Source: Elusimicrobia bacterium CG_4_9_14_3_um_filter_62_55 (GTDB taxonomy: Bacteria > Elusimicrobiota > Elusimicrobia > UBA1565). Taken from it: a DNA stretch of 64,000 nucleotides. Shown here piece by piece: positions 9,773 to 21,297 of this stretch (within the stretch, counting starts at the first letter, position 1; each line of letters starts with the position of its first letter). Position numbers and translations under genes: made by a program. The stretch is from positions 45-64,044 of the forward strand of contig PFUL01000024.1 in assembly GCA_002790095.1 (NCBI GenBank), read 5' to 3'. Under the pieces are notes generated by a model. It did not search any database, was not told the origin of the DNA, and saw nothing but the letters and a program-made list of their open reading frames with translations.

Positions 9773-11369
9773 GACCCCCGCGAAGAAGACGGCCAAAACC
9801 GCCAAGCGCCGGTCGCCCACCCCGCAAAAGGTCAAGAAGATGCGGGATGTGATCCAGAAAGCCCGCGACGGCGGAGATCCCGCCCGCGTACAGGCCCACA
9901 AGGCGAAAGGGAAGTTCACAGCCCGGGAGCGCATCCACTATCTCCTCGATGAGGATTCTTTTCAAGAACTCGATCTTCTCGCGAAAACCCGCTGCGCCGA
10001 ATTCGGACTCCTGGATAAGGACATCCCGGGCGACGGCGTCATCACGGGCATCGGACGGGTCGGCGGCCGCGAGGTCTGCATCTTCTCGCAGGACTTCACG
10101 GTGCTCGGCGGCTCTCTCGGTTTGGTGCACGCGAAGAAAATCGCAAAGATCATGGACCTGGCCTACGACAACCGCGTTCCGGTGATCGGCCTGCTGGATT
10201 CGGGCGGCGCGCGCATTCAAGAGGGCGTGGACTCCCTCGACGGCTACGCGGAGATTTTCGCGCGCAACGTCAAATGCTCGGGCGTGGTTCCTCAGATTTC
10301 GGTCATTCTCGGGCCCTGCGCCGGAGGCGCCGTTTATTCTCCCGCCCTCACGGACTTCGTCTTCATGGTCGACGGCCTCTCCAATATGTTCGTCACCGGC
10401 CCGGGCGTCGTGAAAGCGGCCACGGGAGAAGAGGTTTCCTTTGAGGAACTCGGAGGGGGGCGGACGCATTACGAGAAATCGGGAAACTGCCACTTCCTCG
10501 CGAACTCCGAGCAGGACTGCTTCCGCCAAGTGCGGGAGCTCGTCAACTACCTTCCGCAAAACCGCTGGGAGAAGCCCCCGCGCGTCGCCAATCCCGACCC
10601 GGTCCGCCGCACCACGCCGCTCCTGGAGGCCATGTGCGAAGTGGACCCGCGCAAGCCGTACCGGGTCACGCACGTCATTTGGCAGATCGCCGACGAGCAT
10701 AAATTCTTCGAGGTCCATCAGGGATTCGCAAAAAACGTCGTCGTCGGCTTCCTGCGCCTAGGGGGGGACGTCGTCGGCGTCGTGGCCAACAACCCCGCGC
10801 ACAAGGCCGGAGCGCTCGACATCCACGCTTCCGACAAGGCGGCCCGGTTCATCCGCTTCCTCAACGCCTTCAACGTCCCGATCGTCAGCCTCGTCGATGT
10901 GCCGGGTTATTGGCCCGGCGTCGAACAAGAGCACGGCGGAATCATCCGCCACGGCGCGAAAATCCTTCACGCGTACGCCGAAGCCACCGTTGCGAAGATC
11001 ACCGTCGTGATGCGCAAGGCCTACGGCGGAGCCTACATCGCGATGTGCTCCAAGTACATGGGCGCGGATTTAAATTTCGCGCTCCCGTCCGCGGAGATCG
11101 CCGTGATGGGCCCGGCCGGCGCGATCGAAATTCTCTATTCACGCCGGCTCAAGGCGGCGTCCGAAGAGGAAGCCGCCAAGCTCCGCGCACAGTTGACCCA
11201 GGAATACAAGGAACGCTTCGCCTCGCCGTACCAGACCGCGTCCACCGGTTCGGTCGACGAGGTGATCGAACCGAGCCAGATGCGCTTTAAGATCGTCCGC
11301 GCGCTTCGCTTCCTGAAGGACAAGCGGCGTCCCGGCGAAGTCGCGAACCGCGGGAACATTCCGCTCTGA
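9765..11369 (+). CDS. Acyl-CoA carboxylase carboxyltransferase subunit (PccB/AccD/MmdA family)
   Basis: GKFTARERI, DFTVLGGSLG, DSGGARIQEG, GPCAGGAVY, RKAYGGAY and C-terminal GNIPL. Confidence 0.93.
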   Translation: MAETPAKKTAKTAKRRSPTPQKVKKMRDVIQKARDGGDPARVQAHKAKGKFTARERIHYLLDEDSFQELDLLAKTRCAEFGLLDKDIPGDGVITGIGRVGGREVCIFSQDFTVLGGSLGLVHAKKIAKIMDLAYDNRVPVIGLLDSGGARIQEGVDSLDGYAEIFARNVKCSGVVPQISVILGPCAGGAVYSPALTDFVFMVDGLSNMFVTGPGVVKAATGEEVSFEELGGGRTHYEKSGNCHFLANSEQDCFRQVRELVNYLPQNRWEKPPRVANPDPVRRTTPLLEAMCEVDPRKPYRVTHVIWQIADEHKFFEVHQGFAKNVVVGFLRLGGDVVGVVANNPAHKAGALDIHASDKAARFIRFLNAFNVPIVSLVDVPGYWPGVEQEHGGIIRHGAKILHAYAEATVAKITVVMRKAYGGAYIAMCSKYMGADLNFALPSAEIAVMGPAGAIEILYSRRLKAASEEEAAKLRAQLTQEYKERFASPYQTASTGSVDEVIEPSQMRFKIVRALRFLKDKRRPGEVANRGNIPL

Positions 11370-12923
11370 TCAGTCCAACAACAACCGACCGCGGCTCTTA
11401 AAAATCGTGGACCGGATATCCACAAATACGGGGGTGTTCAGCCGGTCCACGGGGTTGCGGGCGTCGGTGATCAATTCGCCCTCCCCGGCCTCCAGATCGA
11501 GCGTTCGGCTCCGTATCGAGCGGTAAAACCAGCTCAGGTCGCGCCTGGCGGAAAGCGGATCGCGCGTGAATTCAACCGGCCCGTCCGAAGCGAAGAAGAT
11601 CATGTTGACCGGATCTCTATCCGGGTCGACGCCCTGATTCGCCGGAAAGGCGCGGACGTTCGTGAAGACCTCTTTGAGCGTACGCGCGATCGCCCGCTTC
11701 ATCCCGGCCTTCGGACCTTTCGCGTAGCCGATCGCGTTGAGCGCGAACACCCCTTGAGAATTCAAACGACTCTTCATCGTCCGAAACGCCTCGACGGTAT
11801 ACAGATGCGCCGGGTGACGGTCTCCGCTGAACGCGTCGCCGATGATCAGATCGTAGCCGCGGCCTTCGCGGGCCAGGAAGGTCCGGGCGTCCTCGACGGA
11901 AAGACTCCCCGTCTCCCGAAAGCCGAACCACTTCTTCGCGAGGCGCACGACCACGGGATCGATTTCCACCACATCGACGGGAACTCCGTAGTGACGATCC
12001 AGCCGTCCAACCAAAGACCCTCCGCCGAGTCCGATGAGGAGGGCGCTTCGGATGTCCCCTTTTGGACGCAGGAACATGGCGAGTTCGATGCCGAAGATAT
12101 AGTCCGAGACGCTGTCGAGCGTCTCCCGGTCGACCACGGTATTCGCGACGCCGTCGATGTAGAGGATCCGCTTCCCCCAGGAATCGTGCTCGTGAACGCG
12201 GAGCGCTCCGTAGAAGGAATCGGCGCGCTCGAGAACCTTGCCGTAGTCCTTGCGATCGCGAGAGGCGAGCGCGGCGGGGCCGGAGACCGCGACGCAGGCC
12301 ATCAAGACGGCGGCGGCGACTCCCCGGCGTCCCGAGCCGGCCCAGGACGCCGCGGCGAGAGCGCAAACCAAGCCCGCCAAGATCGCGGCGGATAGCGGCG
12401 CGTCCAAACGCCCGACCAGCCAATATCCGACGAACAACGCCCCGACAACGCTCCCCGCCGTCGAGATCCCGCTCACGCGTCCGGTGTCCCTGCCGACGCG
12501 GGAAGGGTCCCCCGCGAGGCGCTTCAACGCGAACGGTCCGACCGCGGCCAGGCAGGCGAGCGGCGCCGCCAACAACAGCGCCGCCGCTCCAAGCGTTCCG
12601 CCGAGGACGCCCCAGCGCATCGCCCTCAGCAGCAGCGGATCCCGCAGCCACAAAATCGCCGTCAGGAAAAGGCCGGCGCCGGTCAGGGACACCGCCATTG
12701 CGCGCAAGGGATCGACGCGCGCGCTCGCGGCGCCGCCCGCCGCGTACCCCGCCGCCAAAGACAGGAGCGTGACCGCGAAAACGCAGCTCCAGACCGTCAG
12801 AGTCGAACCGAAAACGGGGGAGAGCAGCCGCGCCCCGATGATCTCATAGCCGAGAACGGCGGCGCCGGAAAGAAAGACAATCGCATAGATCCAAAGCGGC
12901 GCCGCGGGAGTCCGCCCGGTCAC
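11370..12923 (-). CDS. Fused membrane domain/spermidine-synthase-like SAM-dependent transferase
   Basis: Multi-TM N-terminus (SGAAVLGYEIIGARLLSPVFGS); LIGLGGG, VEIDP, DAR and YDLIIGDAF motifs. Confidence 0.85.
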   Translation of the reverse strand: MTGRTPAAPLWIYAIVFLSGAAVLGYEIIGARLLSPVFGSTLTVWSCVFAVTLLSLAAGYAAGGAASARVDPLRAMAVSLTGAGLFLTAILWLRDPLLLRAMRWGVLGGTLGAAALLLAAPLACLAAVGPFALKRLAGDPSRVGRDTGRVSGISTAGSVVGALFVGYWLVGRLDAPLSAAILAGLVCALAAASWAGSGRRGVAAAVLMACVAVSGPAALASRDRKDYGKVLERADSFYGALRVHEHDSWGKRILYIDGVANTVVDRETLDSVSDYIFGIELAMFLRPKGDIRSALLIGLGGGSLVGRLDRHYGVPVDVVEIDPVVVRLAKKWFGFRETGSLSVEDARTFLAREGRGYDLIIGDAFSGDRHPAHLYTVEAFRTMKSRLNSQGVFALNAIGYAKGPKAGMKRAIARTLKEVFTNVRAFPANQGVDPDRDPVNMIFFASDGPVEFTRDPLSARRDLSWFYRSIRSRTLDLEAGEGELITDARNPVDRLNTPVFVDIRSTIFKSRGRLLLD

Positions 12924-13456
12924 GGAACCTCGAAGCTCAGCGTTTGTCCGGGAGCGAGTCCGTGGCGCTCGGCGGTTCCTCCCGGCAGTTCGAGGACGTA
13001 GCGTCCGACGCCGGAACGGCGGGCGAGGTCGGAATCCGCGGCGGTTCGCGAAGATTTAGGGACCCGGGAGTAAACGACGGTAATCCGCCGCGCTTCATCA
13101 AGGAAAATCATGTCGAGATCCACCAGCGTATTTTTCATCCAGAAGGTCAGGAAGCGCCGTTCGGGGAACACGAACAGCATCCCATAATTCGAAGGCAGCG
13201 ATTCGCGGAACATCAAACCATACTCCCGCTCGGTCGGGGTTGCGGCGAGTTCCACACCGAACACAGCGCCGTCGGGCAAGGTCAAAGACGTCTTCGCGAA
13301 TTTCGGTCTCGCGCCGGCGACGGGGGAAACCGCCGCCACGGCCCGGTCGTCCACGCGCAAGAGCTCGGCCTTCCGGGACGCCTCTTCGGCGCCCGAGACG
13401 GGCCCGCGGCAGCCGACCGCCCCAAGCGCGGCGCAGACCAAGAAAAGTCGCTTCAT
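12920..13456 (-). CDS. DUF192 family lipoprotein
   Basis: GLMFR, GMLFVF, FWMKNT, LDMIF and YVLELPGG motifs; lipobox-like GAVGC. Confidence 0.88.
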   Translation of the reverse strand: MKRLFLVCAALGAVGCRGPVSGAEEASRKAELLRVDDRAVAAVSPVAGARPKFAKTSLTLPDGAVFGVELAATPTEREYGLMFRESLPSNYGMLFVFPERRFLTFWMKNTLVDLDMIFLDEARRITVVYSRVPKSSRTAADSDLARRSGVGRYVLELPGGTAERHGLAPGQTLSFEVP

Positions 13457-13956
13457 CGTTTTCTCCGTTTGCGCGGGGGGGAGGGCGGTTCCTCGCCCGG
13501 CCGCGAGATATCCGCCCGAACCCGTGCATTTTCCTTCAAGCGTCGATCGACCTCGACGGCGAGCCTCCCGGCCCTCACGTACACTCCGTCATAGTCGACT
13601 CCGGCTTCCTGCGCGAGAGAGCGAAGCGACGCCCCTTTGGCCCGCTTGGCGGTCAAGTCGAGCAAGCGCCCCTTTGAATCTTTCGCGATCAAGACGAGCT
13701 GCAGCAGTTCGAGGCGGTAGTGACCTTTCTTGATCAGTAAAGACGCGGCTTGAACCGGCGGGGTCGATACCCCGACTTCGATCCACGTCGTCGCGTCGAA
13801 CGCGAGAGAAACGGCCAGACCGAGTTCGGTGACTGCCTGCCGGTCCGCGCCGGACTTGTTGATGCCGATCAAGGCCGGATCCGCGCTCAAACCGAGAGTC
13901 TCCTGAGCCCCGGCCGAGCAAGCGCACAACAGCGCGAAAATCCCGAGGCGGATCAC
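13453..13956 (-). CDS. Hypothetical exported protein
   Basis: Signal peptide (IRLGIFALLCACSAGA). GTG overlaps the dtd stop (GTGA), and the stop overlaps the next ATG. Confidence 0.7.
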   Translation of the reverse strand: MIRLGIFALLCACSAGAQETLGLSADPALIGINKSGADRQAVTELGLAVSLAFDATTWIEVGVSTPPVQAASLLIKKGHYRLELLQLVLIAKDSKGRLLDLTAKRAKGASLRSLAQEAGVDYDGVYVRAGRLAVEVDRRLKENARVRADISRPGEEPPSPPRKRRKR

Positions 13957-14399
13957 GCGGTCTCCGAATCGATCCAAACGGACACCGGACCATTGTTGCG
14001 GAGCTCGACTTCCATGCTCGCGCCGAACTCGCCGGTCTGAACCGAAACGCCGAGACCGCGCAGCGCCTCGATGAACCTCCGGTACAGCGGCTCGGCGCGT
14101 TCCGGAGAGGCTGCGCCGGTAAAATCAGGACGCCGCCCCTTTCGGCAATCGCCGTAAAGCGTGAATTGGCTGACGACGAGGGCGCCGCCTCCCGTATCGA
14201 GCAAAGACTTGTCGAACTTTCCGGCGTCGTTGGAGAAGATGCGAAGGTTCGCGGCCTTTTCGGCGATACGGTCCGCGACGGCTTCGTTATCGTCCGGCCC
14301 GACCCCGATCAGCAGCACGAGGCCCGGCCCGATGGACCGCGGCGCGCCGCCTTCGACGCGTACCGCCGCGTCCGAAACTCGTTGAATCAAGACTCTCAT
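13953..14399 (-). CDS. dtd: D-aminoacyl-tRNA deacylase
   Basis: MRVLIQRV, NLRIF, VSQFTLYG, KGRRPDF, GEFGASM and NNGPV. Confidence 0.95.
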   Translation of the reverse strand: MRVLIQRVSDAAVRVEGGAPRSIGPGLVLLIGVGPDDNEAVADRIAEKAANLRIFSNDAGKFDKSLLDTGGGALVVSQFTLYGDCRKGRRPDFTGAASPERAEPLYRRFIEALRGLGVSVQTGEFGASMEVELRNNGPVSVWIDSETA

Positions 14400-14475
14400 T
14401 GTTCCGGTCATTTTAGTATACTCGCCAAAACGCCGCAAAATTCAAGAGTTTCAAGGCGTCACAAAGGAATATTCC

Positions 14476-14709
14476 ATGGTAACGGGTCTCGTTTTGGTTC
14501 GTCTCATGTCGGGCAACGAAAAGGAAGCGCTCCAAAAAATTAAGGAGACGCAGGGCGTTTCGCACGTCGCGGCCGTTTTCGGCCGTTGGGATCTCGTCCT
14601 CGACATGGAGACGCATGATCTTCCCACTCTCTCGAGCACCGTGGTCGATCATATCCGGTCGATCCCCGGCGTGCTCTCCACCGAGACTCTCGTCACGACC
14701 GCGATCTGA
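14476..14709 (+). CDS. Stand-alone Lrp/AsnC ligand-binding (RAM) domain protein
   Basis: 77 aa with VFGRWDLV and IRSIPGVLSTETL; no HTH; AAGGA SD upstream. Confidence 0.85.
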   Translation: MVTGLVLVRLMSGNEKEALQKIKETQGVSHVAAVFGRWDLVLDMETHDLPTLSSTVVDHIRSIPGVLSTETLVTTAI

Positions 14710-14715
14710 GAAGCG

Positions 14716-15701
<986 letters not shown>

Positions 15702-15705
<4 letters not shown>

Positions 15706-16721
15706 GTTCCCCGCTGCTCGAAGTCCGCGGACTCAAAACCCATTTCTCGGTCGCCGGCGAGACTTTTTTCGATCCGAAGCGGACGGTAAAAGCGGTGGAC
15801 GGAATCTCCTTTTCCATCGAGAAGGGAGACACCTTCGGATTGATCGGCGAATCGGGATGCGGAAAAACCACGCTCGGGCGCACGATTCTCGCGCTCGAAG
15901 AGCGCACGGAAGGGGACGCGATTTTCGAAGGACGCAGCATCTTCGCGCTGTCCAAGCGGGAATTGCGGGGAATGCGCCGAAACGTTCAGGTCATTTTTCA
16001 AGACCCGTTTTCCAGCCTCGATCCCCGCATGACCGTCCGTCAAATTTTGGAGGAGCCTTTCGAGATTCACGGCATCCTGCCGTCCCCCCGCGGACGGCGC
16101 GAGCGCATTCTCGAGCTCATGGACGTCGTGGGACTTCCCGCCGCGCACCTGGAACGCTATCCCCATCAATTCTCGGGAGGACAGCGGCAGCGCATCGGCA
16201 TCGCGCGGGCTCTCGCGCTCAACCCGAAGTTGATCGTTTGCGACGAACCCGTCTCCGCGCTCGATGTCTCGATTCAAGCCCAGATCCTCAATCTTCTCCA
16301 AGACCTCCAACGGGATTTCGATCTTACCTATCTCTTTATTGCGCATGATTTTTCCGTGGTCCGCCATCTCTGCAACAAGGTCGCGGTGATGTATCTGGGC
16401 CGCATCGTCGAGTTGGGGGAAACCGACGCGCTGTTCGAAAATCCCCAGCATCCCTACACGGAAGCCCTGCTCTCCGCGGTTCCGGTTCCGGATCCCTCCA
16501 TCGAGAAGCGCCGCAAGCGGATCCTATTGACCGGAGACGTCCCGAGCCCGCTGAATCCGCCTCCGGGCTGTCCTTTTCACCCGCGCTGCCGGTACGCGCA
16601 GGATTCCTGCCGCGTCGAAACGCCGGCGCTGAACGAGGTTCGAGACGCTCATTTCGCCGCCTGCCCGGTTTTGCCGTTTAAGGACGCTCCAAGCGCGGCC
16701 GCGCTGATCGAAGCAGAATAG
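15702..16721 (+). CDS. Peptide ABC transporter ATPase (DppF/OppF-like), copy 1
   Basis: [24 protein letters not shown] and PPGCPFHPRC. Confidence 0.95.
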
Positions 16722-16722
16722 C

Positions 16723-17436
16723 TTATTGCGGGCGGGGGGAGGGTCGGTAGGCCAGCCGCAACCCCGCGGCCAATAAGGCGAAGGCGGCGACGGCGAGCGT
16801 CCCTCCCCAAAACCAGTAGGGTCCGAGCAGAATCTCTCCGATGCGGGCGGAATCCGAGAGCATCGGCGTGCCCGCGATCGTGATGTCTTTCGTGAAGAGA
16901 TAGTCGAGTTGGCGGTAGGTGCTCAAACAGGCTTGAACCCCGAAAAACTGGACTAAAAACCCCTGCAAATCCGCGGGAAGCCATCTCAAGGCCCCGAAGA
17001 TCGCGGCGCCCATCAAGACCGTGAAGCAGATTCCGAAAAGCGTTCTCACCCACAGCACCGCCGAGAGGATCAAGAGGAAACCCAGCAGAGCGAGACCGGC
17101 CCTGGCGGTTGAAATCCGCCGGGAAGACAAGATCAACAGAAATCCCGCCACCGGGGCCCCGAGCGGACCTCCCGCTGAAACCATCGCCCGGCCGAACGGC
17201 CCGCCGAAGACGCTCCCGGTATGGTAGGCCAGTCCCGAGAGGTTGGAGTACAGACGCAGCGTCTCGAAACGCCCCCCGAGGAGCATCGCCGTCAGACCAT
17301 GCCCCATCTCGTGAAACCAGGTCGCCAAAGCGGAAAAGGGATAAAGGATGTAGCCCCCGTAGGGGACCCGCCATAAAACCACCATCAAGGCGGCCGCCGC
17401 GATCAGCCACGGCAAACCCATCGTGCGTTCCCGCAT
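16723..17436 (-). CDS. Peptidase M50B-like membrane zinc metalloprotease
   Basis: FHEMGHG (HExxH), multiple TM helices and the SDS motif; start 6 nt after TATCCT. Confidence 0.85.
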   Translation of the reverse strand: MRERTMGLPWLIAAAALMVVLWRVPYGGYILYPFSALATWFHEMGHGLTAMLLGGRFETLRLYSNLSGLAYHTGSVFGGPFGRAMVSAGGPLGAPVAGFLLILSSRRISTARAGLALLGFLLILSAVLWVRTLFGICFTVLMGAAIFGALRWLPADLQGFLVQFFGVQACLSTYRQLDYLFTKDITIAGTPMLSDSARIGEILLGPYWFWGGTLAVAAFALLAAGLRLAYRPSPRPQ

Positions 17437-17464
17437 CCCGCAAGGATAGGCTATAATCGGCCCA

Positions 17465-18466
17465 GTGTCCAAGACGGTTCTGGAAGTAGAGAATCTCACA
17501 ACCGAGTTTCACGTGGAGGCCGGCGTCGCCCGCGCGGTCGACGGGGTATCGTTCCACCTAAAGGAAGGGGAGACGCTCGGACTGGTGGGAGAATCCGGCT
17601 CCGGAAAATCGGTGACCTCGCTTTCTTTGATGCGGCTGGTGCCGGAGCCCCCGGGGCGCATCCTCCCCTCATCCAAAATCCGGATCAACGGGCGGGACAT
17701 CCTCAAGGTTTCAGACCGGGAGATGCAGAAGATTCGCGGGGATGAAATCGCGATGATATTTCAGGACCCGATGACGGCGCTCAACCCCGTCTTTACCATC
17801 GGCAACCAACTGTCCGAGGTGCTCCGCCGCCATCAAGGACTCAACGCGCAATCCGCCCGAAAGCGGGGGGTCGAACTGCTCGAGACCGTCGGAATTCCAG
17901 CGCCGAAAAAACGCATCGACAACTACCCGCACCAGCTTTCCGGGGGGATGCGCCAGCGGGCGATGATCGCGATGGCGCTCTCGTGCAACCCGAAGATCTT
18001 GATCGCCGACGAACCGACGACCGCTCTCGACGTCACGATTCAAGCCCAGATCCTTGAACTCATCAACAAGCTCCAAAAGGAAATCGGGATGGCGACGATC
18101 CTGATCACCCACGACCTCGCCGTGGTTGCGGAGGTCTGTGATCGCGTGGCCGTGATGTACTGCGGCAGGATCGTGGAGGAGTCCGATATTTTCGATCTCT
18201 TCGAGCATCCCCAACACCCGTACACGCGAGGGCTGATCTCCTCGATCCCCCGCATCGACGACGCGGAAAAGGGGCGCGGCGAGTTGTACGCGATCCCGGG
18301 CATGGTCCCCGACATCCACTCCCTTCCCGACGGCTGTCGCTTCGCCGAGCGCTGCTTCCAAGCCGAAGCCCGATGCCGATCCGAAAACCCGGTACTTCGC
18401 GAGACCGCCGACGGCCGCAGCGTTTCCTGCCTGTTTCCTTTGTCCAAGGATGGGACCCTTCGATGA
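17465..18466 (+). CDS. Peptide ABC transporter ATPase (OppD-like), copy 2
   Basis: [16 protein letters not shown] and DEPTTALD. Confidence 0.95.
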   Translation: MSKTVLEVENLTTEFHVEAGVARAVDGVSFHLKEGETLGLVGESGSGKSVTSLSLMRLVPEPPGRILPSSKIRINGRDILKVSDREMQKIRGDEIAMIFQDPMTALNPVFTIGNQLSEVLRRHQGLNAQSARKRGVELLETVGIPAPKKRIDNYPHQLSGGMRQRAMIAMALSCNPKILIADEPTTALDVTIQAQILELINKLQKEIGMATILITHDLAVVAEVCDRVAVMYCGRIVEESDIFDLFEHPQHPYTRGLISSIPRIDDAEKGRGELYAIPGMVPDIHSLPDGCRFAERCFQAEARCRSENPVLRETADGRSVSCLFPLSKDGTLR

Positions 18467-19467
18467 GCGACGCGCTCCTGGAAGTGAAGGACCTGAAGAA
18501 GCACTTTCCGATCAAGGGCGGGGTCCTGCGCAAAACCGTCGGGCAGGTCTATGCGGTCGACGGAGTGAGCTTCACGCTCATGCCGGGAGAGACGCTCGGA
18601 CTGGTCGGAGAATCAGGCTGCGGGAAATCCACGCTCGGGCGGACGATCATCCGCCTCTACGACGTCACCGCGGGTGAAATGAAATTCCAGGGCAAAGACA
18701 TCGCCTACGCGACGGGGAAAGGACTGCTCCCCGTTCGCCGGGACATGGGCATGATCTTCCAGGACCCCTACGCCAGCCTCAATCCGCGGATGACCGTCGC
18801 GCAGATCATCGAGGCGCCGATGGAGGTTCACAAGAAAGGCGCTCCGGCCGAGCGGAAGGACCTCATCGCGGAACTGCTCGAGGTCGTCGGCCTGCGCGCG
18901 AAGATGGCCAACCGCTACCCGCACGAATTTTCGGGGGGACAGCGTCAGCGCATCGGCATCGCCCGGGCGCTGATCCTCCAGCCCAAACTCGTCATCGCCG
19001 ATGAACCCGTGTCCGCGCTCGATGTCTCCATCCAGGCGCAGGTGATCAATTTGATGATGAGGCTGAAGGATCAGTTCAAACTGACCTATATTTTCATCGC
19101 CCACGACCTCGCGGTGGTTGAGCATATCTCCACGACGGTCGCCGTCATGTACCTGGGACACATCATGGAGAAGGCTTCCTCGAAAACCCTTTACGCGAAC
19201 CCAAAACACCCGTACACGCGAGCCTTGATCGAATCCATTCCGATCGCCGACCCGAGAAAACGCAAGCCGCCGGAAGAGAAAAAAACCCTTAGGGGGGACA
19301 TCCCGAGCCCGATCACGCCTCCCTCCGGCTGCGTCTTTCACACGCGCTGTCCGATCGCCGAAGAACGCTGCCGCGTTGAAGTGCCGGCGCTGCGCGATCT
19401 CGGGGCCGGCGGCGAGGAGCATTGGGTAAAATGCCATCTGGCGGAACCTCCAGGAGAAACATCATGA
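18463..19467 (+). CDS. Peptide ABC transporter ATPase (OppF-like), copy 2
   Basis: [16 protein letters not shown]; ATGA overlap with the upstream gene. Confidence 0.95.
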   Translation: MSDALLEVKDLKKHFPIKGGVLRKTVGQVYAVDGVSFTLMPGETLGLVGESGCGKSTLGRTIIRLYDVTAGEMKFQGKDIAYATGKGLLPVRRDMGMIFQDPYASLNPRMTVAQIIEAPMEVHKKGAPAERKDLIAELLEVVGLRAKMANRYPHEFSGGQRQRIGIARALILQPKLVIADEPVSALDVSIQAQVINLMMRLKDQFKLTYIFIAHDLAVVEHISTTVAVMYLGHIMEKASSKTLYANPKHPYTRALIESIPIADPRKRKPPEEKKTLRGDIPSPITPPSGCVFHTRCPIAEERCRVEVPALRDLGAGGEEHWVKCHLAEPPGETS

Positions 19468-21281
19468 AGAAAGCTCTCGAAAAATTTGCCGCTCTTGCGA
19501 TCGCCGCGGCGATGACGATGACGACCGCCTGCAAAGGATCCGGCTCCTCCTCGGAAGGCCTGAAGGTTCTCGAATACGGCGCCGTCGCGGTGGCGGGCTC
19601 CTCCGACCCCAACGACTACGCCTCCATGTACGATCTCGATCTCGGCGCGCTGGTTTACGACACGCTTTACGAGTACGACTACCTCGCCCGCCCCTTCAAA
19701 CTCAAGCCCGGGATGGCCGAGGCGATGCCGAAGGTCACCCACAATGGAAAGACCTACACGATCAAGCTCAAGAAGGGCATTGAGTACATCGACGACAAGT
19801 GTTTTGAAAAGACCGGCGGAAAAGGCCGCGAAGCCGTCGCCGGGGATTTCGTCTACAACCTCTACCGCAAGGCCGATTCCCTCTCGAAATCCCAGAACTG
19901 GTGGCTGGTCTCGGGACAGATCGCGGGCTTGGACGCCCTGCGCGACAAGTACAACGGCAAGGAATTCAACTACGACGAAAAAATCGACGATCTGAAAGCC
20001 GTCGATGATCACACGATTCAGTTTACGCTGAAAAAACCGTTCCCCCAGATCATGTGGGTGCTGGCGATGGCGGGGATGACCCTTTATCCGAAGGAATGCG
20101 TGGACTATTACGGCGAGGACTTCGACAACCATCCGGTCGGCACCGGCGCCTTCCGCATGACGGAATGGCAGAAAAACGCGAAGTATACCTTGGTTCGAAA
20201 CGAGAAATACAGAGAAGACCTCTTTCCCTCGGAAGGGACCTCCGAGGACAAGACCGCCGGGCGCCTGGCCGACGCGGGCAAAAGGATGCCGTTCGCGGAC
20301 AAGGTGATCGTCCACGAATTCTCCCAATCCCAGCCGTATTGGCTGCAGTTCCGGGCGGGGAAAAGCGCCTGGGGCCGCGTTCCGGGGGAATTTACCGAGG
20401 AGGTCTTTCAGATCGAGTCGCGCGAAGGCAACAAGAAGACCTGGAAAAAAGACGCCGCGGGCAACCGCATCCTCGCGGACTCCTACGCAGGCAAGTACGA
20501 CTACTACCCGCTGCCGCTGCTCGACTTCATTTACCGCGCGTTCAACTACGAGGACGAGGTCGTCGGCGGGGAGAAGGGGAAAAAGCTGAGACAGGCGATT
20601 TCACTCACGCATGATCTCAACGAGGAAAACGACCTGTTCTACAACGGACTCAACAAGGTCTACGCGGGAATCATCCCGCCCGGCGTCGGGGGCTTCGATC
20701 CGGCAGTGAAGAACCCGTACGCCGGCGCCGATCTGGAGAAGGCAAAGGCCCTGCTCGCCGAGGCGGGATATCCCGGGGGGAAGGGCCTGCCTGAACTCCA
20801 GCTCTGCGGCGGCAACGACGCGCGCACGATGGAGCAGGCGGCCAACTTCATCCGAAACGCCAAGCGCATCGGCGTGAAGATTCGCTACGAGGCGATGCGC
20901 TTCGCCGAACTCTCCGCAAAACTTAAGCAAAAGCGCTGTCAGATGATGGGCCTGGCCTGGGGCGGCGACTGGCCCGACGCCCAGAACTTCATCCAGCTCG
21001 CGTACGGCCCGAACAAATCCCCGGGCTCGAACAACGCGAACTACGACAACCCGAAGCTCAACAAGATCTATGAGAGGTCCTCCGTGATGCCCAACGGCCC
21101 GGAGCGAAACAAGCTCTACCAGCAGATGAACGCGATCGTGATCGAGGATTCGGCGTACCTCGGGGCCATGGCCCGCACCCGCGATTATCTGATTCCTTTC
21201 GGCACGAAGAACTTCAAGCCGGAGGAGATGATCCACACCCACGCGAAGTACATCCGCCTCGACAAGTGGGGGAAGAAGTAA
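19464..21281 (+). CDS. Peptide ABC transporter substrate-binding lipoprotein (family 5)
   Basis: Lipobox TTAC, YDTLYEYD, PVGTGAF, AKALLAEAGYP and WGGDWPD; AGGAG SD. Confidence 0.92.
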   Translation: MKKALEKFAALAIAAAMTMTTACKGSGSSSEGLKVLEYGAVAVAGSSDPNDYASMYDLDLGALVYDTLYEYDYLARPFKLKPGMAEAMPKVTHNGKTYTIKLKKGIEYIDDKCFEKTGGKGREAVAGDFVYNLYRKADSLSKSQNWWLVSGQIAGLDALRDKYNGKEFNYDEKIDDLKAVDDHTIQFTLKKPFPQIMWVLAMAGMTLYPKECVDYYGEDFDNHPVGTGAFRMTEWQKNAKYTLVRNEKYREDLFPSEGTSEDKTAGRLADAGKRMPFADKVIVHEFSQSQPYWLQFRAGKSAWGRVPGEFTEEVFQIESREGNKKTWKKDAAGNRILADSYAGKYDYYPLPLLDFIYRAFNYEDEVVGGEKGKKLRQAISLTHDLNEENDLFYNGLNKVYAGIIPPGVGGFDPAVKNPYAGADLEKAKALLAEAGYPGGKGLPELQLCGGNDARTMEQAANFIRNAKRIGVKIRYEAMRFAELSAKLKQKRCQMMGLAWGGDWPDAQNFIQLAYGPNKSPGSNNANYDNPKLNKIYERSSVMPNGPERNKLYQQMNAIVIEDSAYLGAMARTRDYLIPFGTKNFKPEEMIHTHAKYIRLDKWGKK

Positions 21282-21297
21282 CGGGCTCGTTTGCGGC

